Positions 42,201 to 53,802 of a stretch of 64,000 nt of DNA are shown here, piece by piece. Within the stretch, counting starts at the first letter, position 1. Every line of letters begins with the position of its first letter. The stretch comes from Hormiphora californensis (Eukaryota; Animalia; Ctenophora). Below the pieces are notes generated by a model that was given only the letters and a program-made list of their open reading frames with translations, did not search any database and had not been told where the DNA came from. The position numbers and the translations under genes were made by a program. The DNA lies in NCBI GenBank assembly GCA_020137815.1, contig CM035354.1, forward strand, positions 5,456,001-5,520,000, written 5' to 3'.

Positions 42201-45200
42201 CAGCAGATGTCTCGGACACAACTGTCAGCTGTGAGGGCTGTGTTTCCTCAGAAGATGTCTCGGACACAACTGTCAGCTGTGAGGGCTGTGTTTCCTCAGC
42301 AGATGTCTCGGACACAACTGTAAGCTGGGAGGGCTGTGTTTCCTCAGCAGATGTCTCGGACACAACTGTCAGCTGAGAAGGCTGTGTTTCCTCAGCAGAT
42401 GTCTCGCTAACAACTGTCAGCTGTGAGGGCTGTGTTTCCTCGAAAGACATTTCTGACAAAATTGTGTAATCCGAAGAATTGCTCATACACTCATCAATTG
42501 TCAAAAATGATTCATCACTGTGCAAAGGAACGACATCTTTTTCTTCAGATTCAGACGAACTTTTTCCAAGTTCGCCAAGGAAATCAATCACGTCCTGACT
42601 TCCTACCACATTTGCCTGCGGCGACGGCTCTCCAATATCAAATTGAGGAAGTATCTCATCCGGGGTAGCAGGGAGCTTTACATCAGCATACTGGTCGTTG
42701 TTGTTCACAAACCATTCCAAAGCGCGATAAACCTTATTTACGTCCACCAAATGATGCCAAACGAACTTATCTTTGTTTGGTACGCCCAGAAGCTGGATCA
42801 TCTTGTCTGGGTCAACAAGGGCACCTGGCTTGAGATCGTTTAGCTGGGACACAGTATCTTCAAGAGGCATTGGTATATGGACGCAGAATCCTTTCATGGC
42901 CTTCATTTTCTCACTTCTTTTCAAGTGACCACCGGTTGGGCCAAGAACAACTGTACTCTGGAACATACTCACTCTCCGCAGAAGCATTTGCTCAAAAGTG
43001 TTCAGGTCCTTTAACTCTGGAGGACAGCATCCGGCATCAAGATTGTTTGCTACAGATGTACGTGGCATCTTCCCAAGATTGAGTGAGCTATGACAATACT
43101 TGCACATAACTTTCCCTACTAAAGTTGTGATTGGAGAATATCCTCGGCGTATGTGTTCAGGGCTGTTCAAGTATTCCAGCAATTTGACAAACTGTGACCC
43201 AGGCTGATTTACCTTTTTCATGCGTTTACTTAGAAGCACCAGCTCGTCTTCTTTTATCAAGATTCTACAAGAAATGCAGGTATCTTTATAAACGCTTGTG
43301 GTCTGAAAGTAATATTCCAGTGTCAGTTATCCGAACGGGGGGGGGGGGGGGGGGGTTGGGGAGGGGATTACTTCCCAGCTCCTAAATAGGACTGAGATGT
43401 ATTACATTAAATAATGATTTCATTTTATTACAAACTAGTATATCATTTTCATTTTTACATGCACATACCTTGGTTATAAAAGTGTCGTAATGTTTGCCGT
43501 ACTTCTTTCGAACAGAACTGACAGTAACTGGACCTTCGCTTGGCAGACGATCAAACGTGAGGGGCGGTGTTGGAAAAGAATACATCAAAAGCTTTAGAAT
43601 GTATTCTAGGTCCCCTGTTACACACGCAGTGTCCAAGTCGCATAAGAATCCATCCAGGTGCTTGAGAGATGCTACCTGTCTGAAAATTAAAACAAAGTGT
43701 TAGCATGCCTTAGCCTCGGTAGTATAAACCTAAATTGTGAGCGTAACTAGCCGATGAGTCAGACAATTGTAACCGGTCCCTGCGGGACCATTTACAATTA
43801 TCTGCCTCATCTGCCATTCATTAAAATGAATTTACCTGTACACTTTTCTTGCATCCCGGTAGTGAACTGAAAGGTGCTGCATTGTAATGAAGGGACTGCC
43901 ACATGATGTAGCTGGGTCGTGACACTTCTCGGGATGATTTTGTTTTTCGGCATTGAGGATGTAAATATCCTTAAGAGGAGATACAGCATTCCCACTGGAG
44001 CACTTGGTGACAATGTGTAGATATTGCCTAGCTTTTTTATAATCTAGATCTTTCAACGTCTGCAGTTCTTTCAAGAATTCCTCCACCTGTCTGGGAGTTG
44101 CACCTGAAACAGGGGCAAGTAAAGGGGTCAAAATAAATTTAATTTGATATTACAGATTAGATATTGGATATTGGAAGTGTGTTGTACCTATACAGTTGTC
44201 GTCACAGAGTTGCTCGCCCCCAGTCTTGCCGCCCGTGTACTCTGCTCCATCCTTGAAGGAATATTTTGGGAAGTATGGTTCACTACCGGATGCATGGCAT
44301 GCAATTCCCAGGATCTGGTTTCCAACCTAAAGAAGTATTAGGGTAGAATTGAAACTTCCAAATCAATATTTAAAGAACATCTAAGCATGAAAATGCACCG
44401 AAATGATACAACAGCTGTAATTTGGACGCATGAAAATGAATCTTCAGCTCGATTTCAGTTACCTTTTTTGTCTTTTTAAGCACATGCCTAGCCAGGATTT
44501 CTTCAGCTGTAGATTTTAACTTTGAGCTGCCAACACCAAACCATCGAACAAGAGAATCTCTCTGTGTTTTTACTCTGATTGCAAGATTATTTACAGCTTG
44601 CCGTCTTAGTTGGCGTGGAGTCTTTCCAACTCCGTCATCATTGGGGTTTAACAGCTTAATAATCTTCTTTACTGCGATATCAGTAGCTGGTTCAACACAT
44701 TTCCGGATTACACTGATCAGAGAAACCTGGTAATTTAGCATGGTTTTTTGTTGCCTGTGGAACCGAGTTCTAAAAACTCCATTCATCCTGTCCCGAATGT
44801 TTTGAAAACTCGTTGAATTTGGTAGCCGCGGAGGAAATACTTTCTCCCTGTCTCGAAGAACAATCCGGCGATTACCAAAGAATCGTTTGCAAACAGCTCT
44901 GCTCAGTTTATGCTTTTTAATTGTTTCCAGGGCCTCCTTATTCTTAGGGTCGGATCGTATTCCAGTGAGATCGAAGGTTGTTTGTCCAGCACTTAACTTT
45001 TTCGACATCCTCTTCTTATAAGCAGCTGCATTCTCACATGTTTTCCTTGCAGTAATTTTAGTCCTCAATTCTGCGTTTTTCATTGCTCTCCTTACCGTGA
45101 AGCTGCGACGAATTTTTTCTGACTGAGCATGGGCTGCGTTTCCCTTTTTGTCTTTGTACTTTTTCCTCAGCTGTTGAAGTAAACTTTTTGACTTATCTGC

Positions 45201-48200
45201 ATTCAACCACTCTTTCATTCTCTGCTTCCCTAATTCAGACGATTTGAACTTTTTATCTGCAGTACTCTGTATTTCCTTTCCCCTCGATGAACGTCTGTAA
45301 TTTTGCTTGGCTTTTGCAACACCATCTGAGCTATAATACCTTCGATTTGCAGCACTCAGGGATCGTTTCCCTTGTTGTGAGCTAAAGTACCTCTGTTGAG
45401 CAGCACTCAGGGATCTTTTCCCTTGTTGTGAGCTAAAGTACCTCTGTTGAGCAGCACTCAGGGATCTTTTCCCTTGTTGTGAGCTAAAGTACCTCTGATG
45501 AGCAGCACGGTCAGATTTTTTCCCTTGTTGTGAGCTAAAGTACCTCTGATGAGCAGCACGGTCAGATTTTTTCCCTTGTTGTGAGCTAAAGTACCTCTGA
45601 TGAGCAGCACTGTCGGATTTTTTCCCTTGTTGTGAGCTAAAGTACCTCAGATGAGCAGCACTGTCGGATTTTTTCCCACGATCTGAACTCGCCCACTTTT
45701 TCTTCGCAGCTTTAGTAGCATCTATTCCCTTACCAGTGCTGTATCTTTTGTTCCTCGCCGCTCGCTTACGTCGTGGAGTGAGTAAGCTATCAGTATCATA
45801 ACAAGGACTTGTTCTTCGTAGAGATCCATTTTCCTCATCTGTTTCATTTTGTTCATTGCTGATTACCATACGTGTCGTGACAACTTGTGACCTCAAACTC
45901 CTGGTTCTTTTCATAGGTGTCTCTGGCAGTGGCACGGTCACATGTTCATCGACTAACCCCTCACTACTTTTAAATTTCTTCTCCCACTTTTTCATTGATG
46001 GAGTCAGCAGTAGTGATTCGTCGTCCAAAACCTCAGATGTACGTTTCCGGGGACTTCTAGTTCTTGGCGTCTCTGGCACGGTCACATATTCATCGACCAA
46101 CCCCTCACTACTTTTAAATTTCTTCTCCTCCTTCGTCATTGATGGAGTGAGCAGTAGTGATTCGTCGTCCAAAACCTCAGATGTACGTTTCCGAGAATTT
46201 TTGGGAGACTCTGGTTCCTGTTCAATTAGTGGTTTTTCTCTATCGCCAGTCTTATCAGTTGAGCTCTTTGATTTGAATCTTCTACCTATTCCAGATTTTT
46301 TTCTTTTCCTTCCCTGGTGAAATAGATTGGTGTTACATATTACATAACCAATAACTTCCTAATCACTAATAATACAATTAGTTTTTGTTTGTGTGCGATA
46401 TGACTTATGAGCGGTATATAAGCGCAGAATATTATTGTTAACATTGTGGATATTGCACTATACAGCTGCAGACATCACCCAATCACTTCATACAAACACA
46501 TCACCCACACACATAAGCAACCGTGTACGGTAGGTGATTGATCATCAGCTTTATAACAGCACGAGAGAGCCGTGCCTATCATGTCACTAGTATTATGAAG
46601 GGATCTGAAGGTCATGATAACAAGTAGTATGATTTACAATTGCATTATGAATCACGACGTCATACTACTTGTTACTATTTTTATTATTATTATTGTTATT
46701 ATATCGATATGACTTTAGACACGATTTTTGATTGTATTACCTTTGGTGCGCCTCCAGTGAGGGTATACTTCTGATGTCCAAATAGTTGGGATTCATTATT
46801 GTCAGGATCCTGAAAATATTATTTAACTTAGAAAGTGAATAAGTAGGTATTTAAAACCTAAAAATGAATTTTTTCAAGTATGTATGTTAATGTATTACTA
46901 CAAACCTACATTTGTATTTTCAATGTAAATCTCGAATTTACATTCTCCTTGGCATGTGCACGAGTTGTCGTACTCCCTTCTGAGTGCTTGATAAGGAACA
47001 CTGCCAACATTTGTTTTACTAATGGGTTGTTTTTTCTTTACAAAATCAACCCTCCTCAAAGCCAATGCCTGAAATTAGGAGTGTTTTAAATTGCGAGTAT
47101 GAATGAAATTCAATATATCCCAACAATTACATGTAGCTACTATTTAAACATTAAGAGCTTCAACTTACACGAGTATTATCCTTTTTAAGTGTATTGCATC
47201 CTGTTTTCCTATCCTTCAGTAGTACAATTTGAACATGACGGTGAATAACGTTGAGTTGAACTTCAAAGTCGACCGCGACCTTCTCAACATCCACCGAGAT
47301 CCACCGTCTCATTCCAGTATACTGTCCGCCCTTCTGTAGGATTTGGGATTTTGTAACACGTTAAATTATTGATCAGTTTGGTTAATTATAAAATGGTTGC
47401 AAGCTATAGATATATAATTCCCATTCTTACCTTACTGAAGTTCCAAGTGGGCCTCTTTGTTAGAGGAAGTCGATATGTCTCTTTAGGGGTATCAGGTACA
47501 GCTGTAGGGACATGTACCAGCTTTTCAGGAGCAGTAGGAATGGCTTTTATAGAGACCGGTACCAGCTTCTCAGGTGTGGGAGGAACAGCTGTAGGGACAT
47601 GTACCAGCTTTTCAGGAGCAGTAGGAACAGCTGAATGAACACGTGCCACCTTTAGAGGAGCAGCAGGAGCAGCTAGAGGGATCTGTATTACCTTTGTGGT
47701 ATCAGGGATAGAAAACGGGACCTGTACCAGCTTCTCAGGGACTGCAGGTACAGAAAAAGGGACATGTGTCAAATTTTTAGGAGTAGTAGTACCTGCTGAA
47801 TGAACACGTGCCACCTTTAGAGGAGCAGCAGGAGCAGCTAGAGGGATCTGTATTACCTTTGTGGTATCAGGGATAGAAAACGGGACCTGTACCAGCTTCT
47901 CAGGGACTGCAGGTACAGAAAAAGGGACATGTGTCAACTTTTTAGGAGTAGCAGGAACAGCTGTAGGGACATGTGAAATCTTTTCAGGAGCAGTAGGAAC
48001 GGCTTTCATAGGGACATGTACCAGCTTCTCAGGTGTGACAGGAGCAGCTGTAGGGACGTGTACCACCTTCTCAGGTGTGACAGGAGCAGCTGTAGGGACG
48101 TGTACCACCTTCTCAGATGTGACAGGAGCAGCTGTAGGGACGTGTACCACCTTCTCAGGTGTGACAGGAGCAGCTGTAGGGACGTGTACCACCTTCTCAG

Positions 48201-48960
48201 GTGTGACAGGAGCAGCTGTAGGGACGTGTACCAGCTCTTCAGGTGTGGCAGGAGCAGCTGAAGAGAAATTTGTCTTCTTTTTAGGGGCAGGAGGTACAGC
48301 TGGACGTGCACTCAACTGGCTGAAAGATCGAAGTCCCCACATCAGACTGGACTCTGCTCCCGAGTCATGAAACGTCAGATCGACTCCCTTAATGCAGTAT
48401 CGAAGGAAAGAGTACCCCGCTAAAGACAAGTGGAGGCCATCTCTCCGTGATATGTAGTGTTTGTAGGAGAAATATTCTTTTCCCATACCTGGTAGGAAAT
48501 GTACGCCCTCCAAGCAGGCAATTAAGGTGCTTAAAAGGGCATTGAAGTGGGCAGCGTGCTCAGCATGCTGTTTCCTAGGAAGAATAGGTATACAAAAGAT
48601 ATTGGCTTTCGGAAACTTGTGCTTTGCAACGTCAAGGAGAATACTGTAAGCAGCCAGCATTGAGTCAAAGTTAGGAGAAGGCTCGAGGTCATTCGTCCCA
48701 ACAAGTATAAACATGCTGTCAAGAGCAGCATCACCCGATATAACAGTGCCTTTCAGAGCATTTGCAACATGATTTATCTTCTTTCCGGGAAACGGGTGCA
48801 CACGCAAGGATTTAAAAGAAGTGGAGAAATTTCTATCTTCATGATATTTATCATTAGGCTGCACATACCTGATCATAGAATCCCCAATAACCATGACGGA
48901 GCGGGGAGAATAGGGGTACGTAGTTGCCTCAGTAATACATCTGCCAGTAGAGTACCGCAT
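36211..48960 (-). CDS. Helitron RepHel polyprotein, 9 exons: 48960-47431, 47333-47169, 47068-46910, 46809-46741, 46313-44463, 44326-44188, 44103-43836, 43679-43469, 43302-36211 (~3,830 aa)
   Basis: All 8 introns are GT-AG with compatible phases and no internal stop. SGNH motifs: GDS, FPG, GTND, DGLH. Rep motifs: PTFFVTFSPAE, RYEYQGRGTVHFH, YVTKYMLK. Pif1 motifs: GFGGTGKT, APTGVAA, IDEISMV, GDLLQLQPV, GLVNGSMG, TIHKAQGLT, GQMYVCLSR. Confidence 0.85.
41755..42441 (-). repeat. Coding 48-bp tandem repeat (~14 x EETQPSQLTV/IVSETSA)
   Basis: Visible in both the DNA and the 2349-aa ORF. Confidence 0.95.
45330..45690 (-). repeat. Coding 51-bp tandem repeat (~7 x YFSSQQGKKSDRAAHQR-like)
   Basis: Visible in the 44370..46172 ORF. 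Confidence 0.92.
47480..48260 (-). repeat. Coding 42-bp Pro-rich repeat (PTAAPVTPEKVVHV) with a higher-order ~160-bp duplication
   Basis: Visible in the 47404..48960 ORF. Confidence 0.9.
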
Positions 48961-50164
48961 AGTGATGTTGTTGAAGTTGGTCGATATCGGATAGAAAGCA
49001 AAATATAACGAAAAGCGAAATGGTGATTTCTGAGAGTCATCCCACGGGTTTTAAATTTTTGTTTTTTTAAACTGTGAAAATTATTGTTAAGTTCCTAAGT
49101 AAGGTTTCACTCTTTTTTAATTTCTACGATTTAAAGGCCAAGTTTGAACAATGTGGGGGCCCTATTTAAACAGGGATTACGAAAGGGGCCCTGATATTTC
49201 TGGACCTCAAAGGGCCAATGAAAACCTTTTATAAGAAAATTCTAAACACCAAGACTGTTTAAGACCACGTATTTTTAATTTTTTAAAACCAAATTTGAAA
49301 TACCCAGTTATCTTTTAAAAAAAGGAAAATTTAAGAAAAGGGAACATTACCCCTTTTTTTTTTTTCCCCCCCGGGCCCCCCCCCTTTGCAAATTACCCCC
49401 AAAATTTCCCCTTTTTTTTTCTCTCTTTTTTCCCCTTTTCTCTCCTTTCTTTCTTCTATACCCTTCTCCTCTCCTCTCTTTTTTTCCTCTCTCTCTTCTC
49501 CTCTCTTTACTGCCTCTTTCCTTTATCACCTCCCCTTCATTTTTTCATATTAACTTGTCAATATGCATTAATGGAAATATGAAAGGAAACGAAAAGTTTG
49601 TGGAAAATCGTATTTTAGACGTCATTATGACGTCATCCGACGTAATCATTGACGTCGTGACGACGTAATTGTATCACGATATATTTTGAATCAATACGTC
49701 AAAGGATCTTGTAAAGTTCTATTGACCAAAGCGGTCAGGAAAGGGAGTTTTTGCTCGAAATACATCGAATTTACTGAATTTTTCGTCAAATTTTTGACTT
49801 CCGACGCGATTGAAGGGCTCAAAATAATGAGATATGAAAATTCGCGATATAAAAACTGAAAGTTCAGACAATTTGCCGGTAACGATTTTTCGTCAAATCA
49901 GAAATCGGAACACGTCTTCAGGGTGCTAGAAGCGTTTGAAAAAAGTTAGTCAGTCTCGCGCAATGACGTCACTGATGACGTCATTGCGCGCGTCATAGGT
50001 AAGATGGAGAGTCGCCACCCAGATGGGTACATGCACGAGACAATTATCTGTCGAATGCCGCTTGGCTTAAGGTCGTACGATGTCTGGTTCATCTCAAACT
50101 GGGACCAAACGGAAGCTAACAAAGCGTCTATACATGTATGTATGTATGTATATATATATCAACC

Positions 50165-50367
50165 TAGTTATCCCCACACTGAATTTTCTGTTTTGGGGGT
50201 GGTGTTATAACTTTTGAACAAAATGAGCTAGCCACTTGAAATTTTTACCATCGATAGATGTCTACAAGAAGCTTCTGAGTACAAAATTTCAGCTTCCTAG
50301 CTCATCCGGTTCCGGAGTTATGGCGTGTCAAAAAGTGCCAAAATGGGCTAAAAGTATGAAATAACTA
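50165..50367. mobile_element. Small MITE-like insertion in a TA-rich tract
   Basis: TAGTTAT...ATAACTA ends, with internal inverted motifs (GAGCTAG/CTAGCTC, GAAATTT/AAATTTC). Confidence 0.4.
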
Positions 50368-50457
50368 TATATACGCTGTGAGCAAGCGGGCCGTTCTTTG
50401 GGGGAATTTTTTTCGGGGGGTTGGATGGGGCCACCTTTGCGCTTGCCAGCGCAGTGA

Positions 50458-52467
50458 TATTCATTGCTGAAAAACTATGCCCCCATCGAAGCTATGACAG
50501 GTTTATTTATATTACTGGTTGCTGCAAAGTGACTTTTGAAAACCAAATTTCAAATTTGGCATAAAAAACAACTGAGATTGAACTAAGAAAAAGATATCAC
50601 AGAACGATTTGTCAAACTGGGTGGAGTTAAAGTCTCCTAGTATAGTAGTCACGTGACCTGTATCGAGCGTTCTGATTGGTGGAGAGATATCGGGGATCAC
50701 TCCCTCTCAAAAAGTCAAGTTGAGTAGCTGTGAGACGTGTGTCGTTGTGGCAAATGTTTCGCATACTTTTCAACTTTTCAGACAGAATTGAGGTGTCGGG
50801 GGAAAACACCCCACCCTCTACTGCTGCAGGGGTATTAGGTATAATCCTGGGTCAACTAATATATAATCCTAAACCAAACTATTCAGCTGTAGTAATTCAT
50901 CGTCCAATCAACAATCACATAATAATTTCTGAGCTGGTTCCATATTGGACACGTGGTATGTATGAACGTATGTCTCAGATTACAGTTGTGCATGCACATG
51001 ATAGTAACCCGATACACCATTTCAGTAATACCCTGTTGTGTGCGTGTAAAATGTTGCTTGCCTCTATTCTACTTCTTCTGGGGACGAGCCTCCACCAGGT
51101 ACGTGGCATTTGAAAGTTATCGCAGGCGGGGGTGATTGTCACAAAAAGTAAATTTACAAATTGAACAGCTTTTGTGGAGTTTTTCTCGAATCTCCATTTC
51201 ATTAATAATGCATAAATGTTGAGATCTGTATGCATCTCGTTAATAGAGGGACTAGGGATGGGGGTTGAATGATCGAAAACAATTCAATACCCAATCCAAT
51301 AGATCCCCGTACTCAGGTTACATGTGAGGTGACTTGGAAATACAATCCAGGGTGTACGACCCGAAATTGTGGGAGGCAAATGCTTCTTGCCTCGACAAGC
51401 AGCAATGCTACCTCCCTTTGGAGCACCAGGACAGTAACCCTATCTGGAATATTCTATGGGGGAGAGGGGGATTGTCTGTTAACTGGACTCTATTCGATGA
51501 AGGTAGTTAATTGTCAAGGATATACTTTATAATTTAAGTTATAATTACCTATTTTACCTCTGATTTTCTGGGCTCTCAGATTCTGCTGAATGATTCACAA
51601 ATTCACGCGAGAGACCCTTAACTGGGTGACTTTGTAACCAAATGGTTGACCGCATGCTCATGTTTATAACTATGTACATACCTATAACTACGAGCTATAA
51701 CCATTAGTGATCCCCTCTCTCTCTCTGACCTACTTTTGGCTTTCAAATTTAATGGCTTGTATCTTTTTCGCTGTTTTTCTGTCTCTATCCCCTCTCTCAT
51801 GTCTAACCTTCCTATCTCTCTCCTCTAGTAACTACCCCTCATCTCTCTCCTGTCCAGATGAACCGACAGCAGTATCCATATCTGCTGCTAGCAGTCTCGG
51901 TCTGAATATCGACTCCATTACCCTCCGAGGCGGCAATGGAGAGGAGGAAACTCTGCCTCTATCTACGGAATCCTGGGAGGCCCTGAAACATGAGGGTGGC
52001 GAGAGCAATGCTACTTTTATATACGGGACAAGCTTTGCAACTGTCAAGGTTTGATCCCATTTTTATGCTTCCCTAATCGCATATGCACCCACATGACAGG
52101 TTTAAATGATTATACCCTAGAAAACCGTTCCTTCTCTTACTAAATCATGTATAATCCACATGACATGTTAAAGGTTTAAACGATTATGTTATACCCTCAT
52201 AAAGCCTTCTTTCCCCTACTCACTCGAATTATATATATATTCTTATATATTTAAGGTTCTAGTGAACGACGAGGAAGGGAGAATGGGTCCCCTGCCTCAC
52301 TTGAAGTTCTCTCAAAACGTCACCATCGTAGATATTGCAGTTAATATCTCTAAAATACCGGGGAAATCGATCCAACTCCCAACGAGTGCCATTCTCCGTA
52401 AGTGCTTTTGGTTTTAGAAGTCGTTCATATACTGGAGAGTTTTCCTATAAATGGTTGACATACTATA
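50458..52467. repeat. Right arm of the ~2 kb inverted duplication (partner 25351-27372)
   Basis: Reverse complement of the left arm, differing mostly by 1-nt indels clustered at ~50900-51560. Confidence 0.95.
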
Positions 52468-52977
52468 GGTACCCGAAGAAGGAGACATTTTTATAGACGA
52501 TTTAATGGGAACTGCCCCAGATGCTCCCAGAGCTTTCAAGTTGACATATATCAATCCATTACAGAAGTGGACATGGCAAGTGAAGGTGAGGGTATGGTGT
52601 TCAATGACAATAAGAAGTCATTTGATGACGAGGTTGCACCCGCCCTCTTCAAATATGCCATATTCACGGATAACATCACTGACTGTAAGTTCGTCTTTCC
52701 ATGTGGCCTGTTGGGGGGGGGGGGGCATCATGTCAACAAATTTGTTATTTTCCAGCGCAGTGAGAAACGGTCGAGTAAAGTAGTTATCAATCTTTGATAC
52801 CAATAACCTGTATTACTTCAGAAAAGTAATTGACACTTTCTTGCAGCTGTGATTGATAAAGTGTATGCCCTCTGGAGGCCCATCGTCTACACAGATGCGA
52901 CAAGGAAGATCCTATCAAGGATGTCTTTTAACAGAAGTGCAGATCCTTCCCCCACTGGCTCTTCCTTACTCACCAAG
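51051..52977 (+). CDS. GLMP: Glycosylated lysosomal membrane protein (NCU-G1); at least 6 exons seen, 3' exons not located, indels in this copy
   Basis: Signal peptide, YNPGC, LSVNWTLF, GRMGPLPHL, KKSFDDEVAPALFK and YALWRPIVY match the GLMP motifs LSVNW, SIDDEYAPAVF and QWRPVAY as I recall them. Confidence 0.72.
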
Positions 52978-53438
52978 GTACAGGGGACTAGGGAACATCT
53001 AGGGGGTCTGGAGAGATAGAAATAAATTGGTACAGGGAAAGGGACCTGTACGAGGGGGTCCGGAGATCTAGTGACTAGTTAGTTCCCTGGAGAATTGAAG
53101 TTATGTGTATTTGAATGGGGAGACTGCGTCATTATTCTGTTTGATATTATGGTTTTATATAATCTAGGACTCAAGTCTCAGGGGGGGGGGGGGTTTTGAA
53201 GGGAATGCAATCACACCTAATATAAATAAATTATCATCACGGAATCGTGAGATTCGAACAGATAATCAATTATACATTTTTGAATGACGGTATGTCTAGA
53301 CTTTGGGAATTAATAATACAATCATTCAAAGACTTCGTCAGACTGCTAGGCCGGGGTGTTTTAAATATCAGCGGGCGAAAATTTGTCTGATATACCCCGC
53401 CCGCTATAAAAAGCATGGATGATTTTGCCGCTAAAACT

Positions 53439-53736
53439 TATAATCAATAAATCCTTGCTATATCAAGTATAAACCCCTCGAGGGTTTTATACTTGATATA
53501 CCGATCCCTTTGGTCGGGTTTTATACCATATGTACCACCCTCCCTGCTTCGCAGGTCGGGCAGTATATGGTGTAGCGAATGACCCTAGCGTGTGACCCGC
53601 TACATAAACCCGCTACATATAAACCCGGGTTTATTGTTGATATCGAAGACACCTCACACTCTTCGCGGCCTTCGTTTGGGACGCTTCGCACGCCGGCAAG
53701 GGAGGGATAACTTCGTTACCAAGGTTTATTGATTAT
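53439..53736. mobile_element. MITE-like element with nested palindromes
   Basis: Ends TATAATCAATAAATCCTTG / CAAGGTTTATTGATTATA, with internal hairpin TATATCAAGTATAAA...TTTATACTTGATATA. Confidence 0.6.
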
Positions 53737-53802
53737 ATATCTGCATCGAATGTAATTCTATGGAACAAAACTTGTGTCTATAGAGATTAGTACAGATATT
53801 AA

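Noticed and set aside
41755-42441. Regular repeats that could be mistaken for a CRISPR array
   Set aside because: Head-to-tail 48-bp units with no unique spacers, in frame within a eukaryotic ORF; no cas genes.
49040-49560. K/R/G-rich ORF 49347..49529
   Set aside because: Homopolymer junk tract, probably a poor read segment.
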